DNA from: a virus
Direction: 5' to 3' (one strand)
Virus record (IMG/VR): IMGVR_UViG_3300020180_000015
Location: 1-64,000 of that record
Length of the DNA stretch: 64,000 bases
Shown: positions 1-8,394 of the stretch, one piece after another
Layout: every line of letters starts with the position of its first letter
Numbering within the stretch: position 1 is the first letter of the stretch
Notes under the pieces: model-generated
Seen by the model: only the letters and a program-made list of their open reading frames with translations
Database searches by the model: none
What the model was told of the DNA's origin: nothing
Program-made: the position numbers and the translations under genes

Positions 1-72
1 GCCCATGACTTGGATAATGCAACTAGGGGTGATATTAAACCCTGATAGATTAATCGCCTGTTTTTTAGCCAT
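1..72 (-). CDS. 5' end of hypothetical protein (runs off window)
   Basis: ATG at 72 (MAKKQAINL...) with GGGAG RBS, directly downstream of the consensus promoter at 116-144. Confidence 0.6.
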   Translation of the reverse strand, partial: MAKKQAINLSGFNITPSCIIQVMG

Positions 73-115
73 GTTCGTTTTCTCCCGTATCGTCTTGCAC
101 TCAATCAATATACAC

Positions 116-144
116 ATTATATCCGAAATCGGACATATTGTCAA
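116..144 (-). promoter_or_regulatory. Consensus sigma70 early promoter
   Basis: Minus strand TTGACA-N17-TATAAT, perfect consensus; spacer contains TCCGA-N2-TCGGA palindrome. Confidence 0.9.
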
Positions 145-150
145 GTAGAC

Positions 151-178
151 AAAATAAAGCCCCTATTTTCTAGGGTCT
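151..178 (-). terminator. Intrinsic terminator upstream of early promoter
   Basis: Minus strand hairpin AGACCCTA-gaaaa-TAGGGGCT followed by TTATTTT; equivalents at ~2267-2294 and ~5551-5579. Confidence 0.65.
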
Positions 179-266
179 GAGGGAAGGCACTTTCTAGCGT
201 CCGCGTGGGGTGACGCCTCACCCCCGCCCCCTCTCCAAATGGAGAGAGGGGAGAGCGTGGATATAA

Positions 267-886
267 TCATAGTCGCGGGAACGGACAGTTAGGAATGACT
301 TCCCGCACGATCTCCGCGATCTCTTGTCGTGCCTCTTCCGACTCCGCCGCCCGCGCCGCCACCACCGACATCACCGCTGCCGTCACCGGACATAACCAAT
401 CCGCCGCTACCTCCCCCGACAATGCCGACTCAACCGCCCGCGATACCGCACGCGCCGCCCATAGCTCCGCCGACCACCCCGCCACAGCCCGCGATACCGC
501 CAGTGCCGCCGCAGTCGAAGCCGCCGCAGTCGAAGCCGCCGCAGTCGAAGCCGCCGCCATCACTCCGACCGCCTCCAACTCCTTTAGGGTGGCTTTTCCC
601 TTTGCCCATTTCTCGGTTGTAACAACCGCTGCTCGACTGTCCTCACTCAGTAAACGCCACACTACACCTCCGGCGATCTTTCGGATGATGAGGCACGATA
701 TAAGGGCTAATTGTTCCGGTGTGAGCGCACCGATAAGTCGTGCTACCCACAACATTTGTGGCCCGTCTGTCCACCCGTTCCATGCCTTCTGGGGGGTTCA
801 AAATTGCCCTCTCGCAACCACTTGGTTTCTGCCGATGATGTTCCGTACATTTCGATGAACTTCTCAATCCAACCCATGTTATTCAT
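267..886 (-). pseudogene. Ala-rich Imm5-like family paralog 1, frameshifted at G6 tract 791-796
   Basis: N-terminus from ATG 886 (MNNMGWIEKFIEMYGTSSAETKWLR) matches paralog 6880-7605; a 1-nt loss shifts frame before AWNGWTDGPQMLWVA (ORF 267-755). Confidence 0.75.
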
Positions 887-938
887 TTCTTTCTGCCCCT
901 TACGGGGCTGATTGTTGACGAGATGCTCCCGTCACGCT
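887..938 (-). repeat. GNRA-hairpin leader element copy 1 (type B1)
   Basis: AGCGTGACGGG..CGTCAAC-AATCAGCCCC-GTAA-GGGGCAG-AAAGAA-ATG; further copies at 1582-1635, 3304-3355, 4501-4552, 5119-5171, 5783-5810, 6321-6374, 6819-6871, 7612-7664. Confidence 0.9.
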
Positions 939-945
939 AATTACA

Positions 946-1572
946 CTACAAATTGTAAGCGGTTGGGGAAAGCGGTTTCGCCTTTCGTTGATAAATTACG
1001 TCCTCGCTATATACCCCGTCCCAATTGGGCGGGTCTCCCTGATACACCTCGTCCCATTCGCGATACATGAGATCGTAGAACTCGTCATTGGCAGTGCAAC
1101 CGCCTTTACCTTCTCCCACGTAAAAAATGAAATCGCCCGTGAAAGACCTAACGGCTTGATAAGCCGCGTCGCTTTCGTTGGGTATCCAGCACATAAATAA
1201 ATCACGATCTGGAAATTCCCTTATTTTGCGCTCATCCCCTTCTTTCACTTCTGCCCAATTCCCACCAGCGTAATGATTCTGATACGGTGCGATGTCGAAC
1301 GCTAGAACATCAACCCCGAACTGGGATAGATAATGCTTCCAGTATCCTGTTCCCGCACCGATCTCGATGAGGGACACAGAACGCTTGGCGATCTCGACGG
1401 CAAATTCATGCGTTGGGATACTCCACGCGAAGCGGCGAACTAATGCGAGTCTGTCTTCATAAACGCTCACCTCTTCGTCGCTGCGGATTAGCGCCGCGCC
1501 GTACTCATTTGCAATCTCGCCAAAAGGTGGGACTACGATTCGGTCAAGGTATCTACAGTGCGGACGACTCAT
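946..1572 (-). CDS. Class I SAM-dependent methyltransferase-like protein
   Basis: Motif I LIEIGAGTGYW, LFMCWIP, YVGEGKGGCTA; preceded by leader element. Confidence 0.7.
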   Translation of the reverse strand: MSRPHCRYLDRIVVPPFGEIANEYGAALIRSDEEVSVYEDRLALVRRFAWSIPTHEFAVEIAKRSVSLIEIGAGTGYWKHYLSQFGVDVLAFDIAPYQNHYAGGNWAEVKEGDERKIREFPDRDLFMCWIPNESDAAYQAVRSFTGDFIFYVGEGKGGCTANDEFYDLMYREWDEVYQGDPPNWDGVYSEDVIYQRKAKPLSPTAYNL

Positions 1573-1632
1573 GTTATTCAGTTCTTTCTGCCCCTTTCGG
1601 GGCTAATTGTTGGCGTCTGGCGGACGCTTCGC

Positions 1633-1839
1633 TTATTTCCCCCAGTTGGGGTTGCCGACTTTGCGCGGCGGCGTGTCAATCCACGCCTGAAAGTCGTCCC
1701 GCGTAACTGCCCACGCAGTTCCTATTTTAGTTCCGCGTAGCCGTCCTCTCTCAATCGCACGCTTAACTTGATTCGCTGAGACAGCGCGCCCCATCGAACC
1801 AGACAGCGCGGCAGCGGTCTTTACACTGAGTATTTCCAT
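1633..1839 (-). CDS. Excisionase-like HTH_17 DNA-binding protein
   Basis: LSVKTAA...VKRAIERGRLRGTKIGTAWAVTRDDF pattern typical of Xis/HTH_17. Confidence 0.75.
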   Translation of the reverse strand: MEILSVKTAAALSGSMGRAVSANQVKRAIERGRLRGTKIGTAWAVTRDDFQAWIDTPPRKVGNPNWGK

Positions 1840-1911
1840 TTGTCCCCTAGTGTCCCTGTCTCCTCAGTGGCGGGTGGGTATCCGCCAGACCCCCGAAGGG
1901 GTTTCGACTAT

Positions 1912-2193
1912 CTAGTCAATGCTGCTTTGCAGACACACCCAGTTATCGTCAATGCTGTTTTTCAGCAGTTGGATGTACGCCGCATAAATCGGGTTTTCAA
2001 ACTTGGTTTCAAACCGAGTAAAGCCGCGCCGTGCTGCGCCCATATACGCGCTTCTTAACGATGTCGGGATCACGCACGCTTTGAACGTTACGTAATTACC
2101 GATCTGTAAGTTGGATGCTCCCAACTTACGTAACATCCCGGCGTCCTGTCCCACACCAAACCCAAATTCCGTAGTCCGTTCAATTTCGCTCAT
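1912..2193 (-). CDS. Hypothetical protein
   Basis: ORF immediately downstream of promoter 2232-2260 with GGAG RBS. Confidence 0.65.
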   Translation of the reverse strand: MSEIERTTEFGFGVGQDAGMLRKLGASNLQIGNYVTFKACVIPTSLRSAYMGAARRGFTRFETKFENPIYAAYIQLLKNSIDDNWVCLQSSID

Positions 2194-2231
2194 TTACTCG
2201 TCTCCTAGTCTTGCACTCAATCAATATACAC

Positions 2232-2260
2232 ATTATATCCGACATCGGACATATTGTCAA
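2232..2260 (-). promoter_or_regulatory. Consensus sigma70 early promoter (copy 2)
   Basis: TTGACA-N17-TATAAT with TCCGA-tg-TCGGA in spacer. Confidence 0.9.
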
Positions 2261-2439
2261 GTAGACAAAATAAAGCCCCTATTTTCTAGGGGCTGAGGGA
2301 AGGCGCTTTCTACGATCCTACGTAGGGTGACGCCTCACCCCCGACCCCTCTCCCAGAAGCAGGAGAGGGGAGACAAGCGGCTTACGAACGGCTGCCCCGG
2401 CGCGGCTGACTAATCAACGTAAGGGTAGGGCGATAGAGT

Positions 2440-3303
2440 TTATTCGCTGTCGGCGAAGTTGCGACGCAACTTCGCTAGTGCGGCAGCACTCAAGAGCGCC
2501 TCGTCGTCCGGCTCGTCATCGTCGTATACGATAGGCGCGAGAATCTCTTCTTGCGCCGGGCGTGGCGTGTAGGCGTCCTCGACGTACTTTTGAATATTGG
2601 CGGCGATTTCCGCCAGATCGAATGGTGTGATATCAATGTACCATTCCGCCAACTGTGTGCTGTCTGGCGAAGCTGCTTGCGCCGAACGCCACATCATGGC
2701 GACTTCGCCTAAAGTATCCACACCGTCGTCATCGGTGTGAAACACTTGCCACCCAGACGATTGTTTATCGAGACAATATCGTCCTTCCGGTAGGTCATAT
2801 GCCGGGTTTGCGGGAACTCCGAACCATTCCCCGTCCTGTTGAATGATACGCAGGATAAAATTCGCCACGCCACTCATTGATTCCCGCCACAGAAATACTT
2901 CTTTGTCAGGAGATACGAGCAGCACCTCCCAGTGATCCCCAAAGTCGTCTGCCCAATATTTGGGCGGTAAGACGGGAATATTTTGTTGAATTTTCCCGTA
3001 CCACTCACCTTCTGGCATGGCGACCAGAAAGACTTTCGGTGAGACTCCGTCTGTTGAAACTCGAACGGCGTTTTCCCAATTGCCGCTGTTCTCGATCACC
3101 ACAAGGCGGAGCGTCCCGTTTTTACTCTGCACGATTTCATTTACCGTGCTGTGTAGCTCATATGCGACAAAAGAGTCGCGTGTCCCTCCGATAATGCGGG
3201 CAATCGCTCCCGCCTCGCTTATCCGGTGATGCAGCGCATCTGCGGCTGCGTGATTGCCGTTCGCTGTCATTTCGATAAGATCAATTGTGTTCATTTTATT
3301 CAT
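2440..3303 (-). CDS. Hypothetical protein
   Basis: 287-aa ORF starting right after leader element 3304-3355. Confidence 0.8.
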   Translation of the reverse strand: MNKMNTIDLIEMTANGNHAAADALHHRISEAGAIARIIGGTRDSFVAYELHSTVNEIVQSKNGTLRLVVIENSGNWENAVRVSTDGVSPKVFLVAMPEGEWYGKIQQNIPVLPPKYWADDFGDHWEVLLVSPDKEVFLWRESMSGVANFILRIIQQDGEWFGVPANPAYDLPEGRYCLDKQSSGWQVFHTDDDGVDTLGEVAMMWRSAQAASPDSTQLAEWYIDITPFDLAEIAANIQKYVEDAYTPRPAQEEILAPIVYDDDEPDDEALLSAAALAKLRRNFADSE

Positions 3304-3352
3304 TCCTTCTGCCCCAATGGGGCTGATTGTTGGCGACTAGCGGACGCCTCGC

Positions 3353-3778
3353 TTACGAACGGCTGCCCCGGCGCGGATTAGCCATCCACGCCTGAAAATC
3401 GCCTACGCGGATGGCGTACCGCCCCTTCGCGTCTTTTTTGGCGGGCAACTTTCCCGCATTGATTTCATCCTGGATAAAACGCCGAGTCACCCCCGCACGC
3501 TCGGCGGCGTCGGTGACGCGGATTGTCTCATCGTCAAGAAGGACGCGCCCGCTTGCCCCCCGCGATGTTTGCCAGAGCCGGAAGGCTTTTGCGGCGACTT
3601 CCGGCTGCCCGTCCGCCAGCGCGCCGAGCGCCATGCGCGCCAAACTCCACTGTCCATTCGCGGGGTAAATCACGTCCTTTGACTCTGTCCATGCCCGCGC
3701 TGCTTCGAGCAGCGCCTCCTCTGCGGGCATTTTATCCGAGAGGGCGATGAACAGCGCCCGTGCCTCTTTAATTTCCAT
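3353..3778 (-). CDS. Protein with C-terminal excisionase-like HTH_17 domain
   Basis: IRVTDAAERAGVTRRFIQDEINAGKLPAKK...YAIRVGDFQAW; start placed at ATG 3778 by RBS. Confidence 0.75.
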   Translation of the reverse strand: MEIKEARALFIALSDKMPAEEALLEAARAWTESKDVIYPANGQWSLARMALGALADGQPEVAAKAFRLWQTSRGASGRVLLDDETIRVTDAAERAGVTRRFIQDEINAGKLPAKKDAKGRYAIRVGDFQAWMANPRRGSRS

Positions 3779-3860
3779 GTTGTCTCTTTCTGAGCAGTTT
3801 AACGCCATGCTCAGGGCGATATTGGATAGTTCTTCTAATGCGCCCGTCACCGCTGAGTAT

Positions 3861-4493
3861 TCAGCGGGAGTCCCCAGTGGAGAACGGACAGACAGGCATG
3901 ACTTCCCGCACGATCTCCGCGATCTCCCGTCGTGCGGCTTCCGCCATCGCCATCGCCTCCACCGCCGACACCGACACCGGCGCCCACATCGCCTCCACCG
4001 CCGACATCACCGACGCCGCCACCGCCACCGCCTCCGCCGCCTCCTCTGCCAAGGGCGTCTCATCCACCGCCACCAGCGCCGATACCGCTCGCGCGGCCCA
4101 CACTTTCGACGCCCTTGATTGCCAGTCCTCATCCGCGCTCGCGTCCACCGCCGATGCGCACCACGCCGCTGCAACCATCGCAGCTTGTACTTCCGCTAGG
4201 CTGGCGTTGCCAGCCAACCATTTCTCGGTTGCAACAACCGCTGCCCGGCTGTCCTCGCTCAGTAAACGCCAGACTCCGCTGATTTTTCGGACTATGAGAC
4301 ATGAGATAAGGGCTGATTGTTCCGGTGTGAGCGCGTCGAGTTTGGACAAGAGCCACAGCATTTGCTCTCCGTCTTGCCACTCAGTCCATGCATTCTGCGG
4401 TGATACGAACCCACCTGCCCGCAGCAAGGTTGCTGCTTTCGGGCAGACATCGTATTCTTTGATAAACTCTTCGATCCAATTCATGTCCAACAT
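3861..4493 (-). CDS. Ala-rich Imm5-like family paralog 2
   Basis: Shares MLWLL / ALISCLIVR / EKWLAG / EIAEIVREV.P.CPF blocks with 267-886, 5808-6314 and 6880-7605. Confidence 0.75.
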   Translation of the reverse strand: MLDMNWIEEFIKEYDVCPKAATLLRAGGFVSPQNAWTEWQDGEQMLWLLSKLDALTPEQSALISCLIVRKISGVWRLLSEDSRAAVVATEKWLAGNASLAEVQAAMVAAAWCASAVDASADEDWQSRASKVWAARAVSALVAVDETPLAEEAAEAVAVAASVMSAVEAMWAPVSVSAVEAMAMAEAARREIAEIVREVMPVCPFSTGDSR

Positions 4494-4549
4494 TGTTCAT
4501 TTCTTTCTGCCCCAATGGGGCTGATTTTGGCGACTGGCGGACGAAATGC

Positions 4550-5110
4550 TTACGAGCGCACATGGCGCTCGACGCGGGGTTCATTCGGCTTACGTAACAC
4601 AACATACTGTGGCGTCTCCGCCACGACCTCGTAGCCTGCCGCCAACAGCGCCGCAATTTTGCCACGTGCCGCCCCGTTGCTCACACGGGTGCGCGTTACC
4701 CATGTGTCCCCCGACACTCCGGGGTACATGACGACCCCGTCCTTATACCACCGCGTCCCACCGGGGGACGTGTGACGCAAGTCTTTCTCCGGGGGTGTCG
4801 CCCCGACGTATCTCTCTTCTTTCGACGGGAGATACGTATCTACAAATATAGATACGGTTTCCCCCTTTGCCAGCCGCCGCTTGACCTCATCGTCCGCCCA
4901 TGCGCGGACGGACGATTTTTTCACAACCATCGGGATCGCGCACTGAGCGCGTATCGACCCCGCCCCACGCGGGAAAGGTCTGACATGCCCGCCCACCGTT
5001 TCGGCGGCAGTGCCATAATCCTCATCGATTATGTCTCCCGCTAAAGCAGTATCCTCCTGGATCGCCCATACAAGGCGATCCAGTTCTGTTGCATGACTCT
5101 TGTAACCCAT
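4550..5110 (-). CDS. Hypothetical protein
   Basis: ORF flanked by two leader elements; start ATG 5110. Confidence 0.7.
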   Translation of the reverse strand: MGYKSHATELDRLVWAIQEDTALAGDIIDEDYGTAAETVGGHVRPFPRGAGSIRAQCAIPMVVKKSSVRAWADDEVKRRLAKGETVSIFVDTYLPSKEERYVGATPPEKDLRHTSPGGTRWYKDGVVMYPGVSGDTWVTRTRVSNGAARGKIAALLAAGYEVVAETPQYVVLRKPNEPRVERHVRS

Positions 5111-5261
5111 GTTGTTCGTTCCCTCTGCCCCTCGCGGGGCTGATTTTGGCGTCTGGCGGACGCCTCGCTTATTGCGATACAATGGGGGGCGGCTGAGAAG
5201 ACACCGCCCCAGTTTCCACCCCTCTCCTAAGCCGAAAACTTAGGAGAGGGCTTTCTGGGAT

Positions 5262-5480
5262 TTAGGAGCGGCGCTCGAAATTGCTACGCGCCGCGCTTTC
5301 CAGGCTGAGATTTGCCGACTTCACCCACTCCGGGCTCCCGTCAGCCGCTTCGTAGGGGATGAAGCTATCCCCCTTGATGCGACTAGGGGCAAACGCCCTG
5401 ATGAAAAATTCACCGGGCGCAGATTGCGCCACAATCATCCGATTACCATCTGTCCATTTATTGCGGTATTTACTTTTCAT
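5262..5480 (-). CDS. Hypothetical protein
   Basis: GAGGAG RBS, downstream of promoter 5514-5543. Confidence 0.65.
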   Translation of the reverse strand: MKSKYRNKWTDGNRMIVAQSAPGEFFIRAFAPSRIKGDSFIPYEAADGSPEWVKSANLSLESAARSNFERRS

Positions 5481-5513
5481 CTCAAACTCCTCAATCACTC
5501 AATCAATAACACC

Positions 5514-5543
5514 ATTATACTCCTAAAAACTTGTGAGTGTCAA
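5514..5543 (-). promoter_or_regulatory. Sigma70 early promoter (copy 3)
   Basis: TTGACA-N18-TATAAT on minus strand. Confidence 0.85.
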
Positions 5544-5563
5544 GTAGGCAAAATAAAGCCCCC

Positions 5564-5776
5564 CTAGAAAAAGGGGGCTGAGGGAATGCACTTTCTAGCG
5601 GCGGCGTGGGCGGCAAGCTGCTCGACGGCTTTGGCATATTCAGCGATGGCAAGCTCGCTTCTATCTAGCGCCGCCGCAGACCGTGTGTCCTTGTATGCAT
5701 AAAACGCATCCACGGCGGCTTCCAACAATTCGTCGGCTTTGTCCCTTAGTTCTTCAATTGCTGTCATGTCTAACAT
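5564..5776 (-). CDS. Small helical hypothetical protein
   Basis: Follows leader element 5783-5810; 3' end overlaps terminator module. Confidence 0.6.
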   Translation of the reverse strand: MLDMTAIEELRDKADELLEAAVDAFYAYKDTRSAAALDRSELAIAEYAKAVEQLAAHAAARKCIPSAPFF

Positions 5777-5807
5777 AACGTGTTTCCTTCTGCCCTTTCG
5801 GGGCTGA

Positions 5808-6314
5808 TTACTGGCGGACAGACATGACTTCCCGGACAATTCCTGCGATCTCTTGTTTTGCAGCCTTCGCCGCAGCGAGTGCCACTACCGCCGCCGCCTG
5901 TGGCGATGCAAACGCCAGCAGCGCCGCCGTGTTCGCCCGCACTACTGCCATCATCGCTACTTCCACCGCTACTGGCGATCCCGACAACACCGAGTCAACC
6001 GCCCGCGATACCGCCCGTGCTGCCCACAACGCCGCCGATGACTCTGACATCTCCTTACTGCCCGCTGTTTCCCGCCGCTGCACCAACAACAACAACGCTG
6101 CCGCCTCCGCCGCCTCCGCCAGCACTCCGACCGCCTCCAACTCCTTTAGGCTGGCTTTTCCGGCTATCCATTCCTCAATTGTTTCAATAGCTGATTTGCT
6201 AGGCTTGCTCAGAAAACGCCATGCCACACACCCGTCGATTTCTCGGATGACTCGACACGAGATAAGGGCTAATTGTTCCGCTGTGAGCGCGTTGGAATTC
6301 TCAAAAGCGTTCAT
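5808..6314 (-). CDS. Ala-rich Imm5-like family paralog 3 (N-terminally shortened)
   Basis: ALTAEQLALISCRVIR...EEWIAGKASLKELEAVGV...EIAGIVREV; start after leader element 6321-6374. Confidence 0.7.
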   Translation of the reverse strand: MNAFENSNALTAEQLALISCRVIREIDGCVAWRFLSKPSKSAIETIEEWIAGKASLKELEAVGVLAEAAEAAALLLLVQRRETAGSKEMSESSAALWAARAVSRAVDSVLSGSPVAVEVAMMAVVRANTAALLAFASPQAAAVVALAAAKAAKQEIAGIVREVMSVRQ

Positions 6315-6402
6315 GCTGTGTTTCCTTCTGCCCCTTACGGGGCTGATTGTTGACGGGAATGCGCCCGTCACGCTTTGGCTCAATAGAGGGTGGGGCGGTG
6401 AA

Positions 6403-6810
6403 TTATTCGGGGTCGGCGAACAGTTTGCGATTGCGAACTTTCGCAAGCATTCTCGCGCCCGCCAGCGCAATCGTGAGCGCCTCTTCGCGTTCGGCGGCAG
6501 ACTTATTGTACGCTGCCATTGCCCGATCAGATTCGCGCATCCATTGACCCAACGCGGCGCTGGAGCGTGCATTGAGTTCGAAGAGCGCCGCCTCGAATAG
6601 CGGAGCGAGGAGAACAAACGCCGCCGCAATCGCGTCGCCGAGTGATTTAGCAATCTGCTCAGTCTCATCGCCGTATGTATCCGCCGCCGCTTTACCAGCA
6701 ATGACGGCGCTCCCACGCAGGGACGCAACATCGAGAATCATCTCGTCGATCTCAATTGCCAAGTCTTCGAGGACACGTGCATTCGTGGTCATCTTCTCAA
6801 AAGTGTTCAT
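6403..6810 (-). CDS. Helical hypothetical protein
   Basis: ORF between leader elements. Confidence 0.7.
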   Translation of the reverse strand: MNTFEKMTTNARVLEDLAIEIDEMILDVASLRGSAVIAGKAAADTYGDETEQIAKSLGDAIAAAFVLLAPLFEAALFELNARSSAALGQWMRESDRAMAAYNKSAAEREEALTIALAGARMLAKVRNRKLFADPE

Positions 6811-6879
6811 TTTATTCGTTCCTTCTGCCCCTCACGGGGCTGATTGTTGACGGTGATGCGCCCGTCACGCTGATTCGTG

Positions 6880-7605
6880 CTACTTAACGGGGAACGGACA
6901 TTCTGAAAATTCCTGACGGATAATATCAGCGATCTCTTGCCGTGCGGCTGCCCCCGCCGCCCCCACTTCTACTGCCGATCCCGCGACCCAAATTACAGAG
7001 GCAACGTGGGTCGCCGATTTCGCCGTCCGTGCCGCGCAACCTGCCGCCCACGCTGTTGCTGACAGTGCCGCAGACTTCGCTGCTGCCTCCAGCGCCGCTG
7101 TGTCAGCAGCCTTCCACGCTTCCGCACGCGCCTGCTCCTCTGACGGAGACGTGGGCGTATCCGTCGTCCACGCTTTCTCTACCAACAGATCCAACGCCGC
7201 CGCCGCCACTTCCGACGCCGCTTCCCCCACCGCCGCCGCTACTTCCAGAGCCGCCGCCACTGCCACTGCTCCTGCCGCTGCTGCTTGTACTTCCGATAGG
7301 CTGGCGTTGCCAGCCAGCCAAGACTCTGCTGTCGAGACGGCTTCCCGTAAAATGGGGTCGGCAAGTAAACTCCAAACGGCGCTGCCGCCGCTGACTTGCC
7401 GAACAATACGGCAAGCAACCGTGACTGCCGCATAGTTGCTCAACGATCCGGTTTGTCCCAACAGGCATAACATCCAGTCCCCGCGCCCGCACGCATCCCA
7501 TGCTTCTTGGGGAGTTTCAAAATTACCCGCACGCAACCACTTGGTTTCTGCCGATGATGTTCCGTACATTTCGATGAACTTTTCGACCCAATTCATGTTC
7601 AACAT
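6880..7605 (-). CDS. Ala-rich Imm5-like family paralog 4
   Basis: AWDACGRGDWMLCLL, ESWLAGNASLSEV, EIADIIRQEFSECPF. Confidence 0.75.
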   Translation of the reverse strand: MLNMNWVEKFIEMYGTSSAETKWLRAGNFETPQEAWDACGRGDWMLCLLGQTGSLSNYAAVTVACRIVRQVSGGSAVWSLLADPILREAVSTAESWLAGNASLSEVQAAAAGAVAVAAALEVAAAVGEAASEVAAAALDLLVEKAWTTDTPTSPSEEQARAEAWKAADTAALEAAAKSAALSATAWAAGCAARTAKSATHVASVIWVAGSAVEVGAAGAAARQEIADIIRQEFSECPFPVK

Positions 7606-7689
7606 TATTCATTTCTTTCTGCCCCTTTCGGGGCTACATACTGACGGGGATGCGCCCGTTACGCTTTGGCTCTATTTTGAAAACGGTTT

Positions 7690-8361
7690 TCAAGACGAGA
7701 TTTCATGTCCCGCGTCCGCTGCGGGCTGTTGGGAGTACGATGCTTCGCTCAATGTGGTGTACTCATATGACCCGTCGCGTCGCTGATAACTGTGGGTCAA
7801 TGAGTGGGTATTAGGAATCTCGCCAAACCACTTATCCCCGAACTCATGTACGTAGTATTCACCCTCGTATCCCGGCACGCCGATACGCCGTTGGCATCGG
7901 CACTTGCTGCAAACCTGATCCTTGTGCCAAGCGCCGATTTCACCTGTATGAATGTGCTGTTCGAATTCACCCGTAGTGATCCAGTCGTGTTCGCAGCCGG
8001 GGACGAACAACAGCCCCCTGTGATAGATACGAACTACCCCCTTGTTCTCGCCGTTCTCGAAACGATGAGTCATGTATATTGATTTTTGATCAATTGACTG
8101 TTCTTTGGCGCAAACTAGCGCCTCAGCCTCGTTGTCGAACACTCCTGTAGCACTCAGGATGTTATCAAACACGTTTGTCACGACAAACACTTGTTCTGGG
8201 TGTTGCAGATGTTCTGCGCCCAAGTACAAGTAATGGAAGCTCTTTGTGCTGTAGGAAAAGCACGCGGCGAAAACATCATAAACTTCGGTCACGTAGAAAT
8301 AATGACCATCTTTCCGATACTCCGCTGTGAGTTCAACAACATCACCCTTATTGATGCTCAT
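7690..8361 (-). CDS. Hypothetical protein (possible Zn-binding CEHDW...CSKC)
   Basis: 223-aa ORF with GGAG RBS. Confidence 0.7.
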   Translation of the reverse strand: MSINKGDVVELTAEYRKDGHYFYVTEVYDVFAACFSYSTKSFHYLYLGAEHLQHPEQVFVVTNVFDNILSATGVFDNEAEALVCAKEQSIDQKSIYMTHRFENGENKGVVRIYHRGLLFVPGCEHDWITTGEFEQHIHTGEIGAWHKDQVCSKCRCQRRIGVPGYEGEYYVHEFGDKWFGEIPNTHSLTHSYQRRDGSYEYTTLSEASYSQQPAADAGHEISS

Positions 8362-8394
8362 TTTGCGCTCCGTAACTCTATGATTTCCCCGCCT

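Larger units (their letters stand above)
93..255. repeat. Promoter/terminator/REP-like module copy 1 (copies at ~2209-2374 and ~5497-5610)
   Basis: Near-identical to 2209-2374 over ~160 bp; partial third copy at 5497-5610. Confidence 0.9.

Noticed and set aside
295-7435. Long plus-strand Pro/Ala/Thr-rich ORFs (295-858, 329-622, 3838-4524, 5824-6600, 6942-7394)
   Set aside because: Antisense shadows of GCG-rich minus-strand genes; all promoters and RBSs point leftward.
267-7605. Diversity-generating retroelement acting on the paralogs or cassettes
   Set aside because: No reverse transcriptase in the window, and the differences are not adenine-specific.
887-7664. Leader repeats as integron attC sites
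   Set aside because: No RYYYAAC/GTTRRRY core pair and no integron integrase in the window; GNRA loop conservation points to an RNA-level function.
887-7664. Leader repeats as a CRISPR array
   Set aside because: They are separated by whole genes (0.5-1.7 kb), not 30-40 bp spacers, and no cas genes are present.
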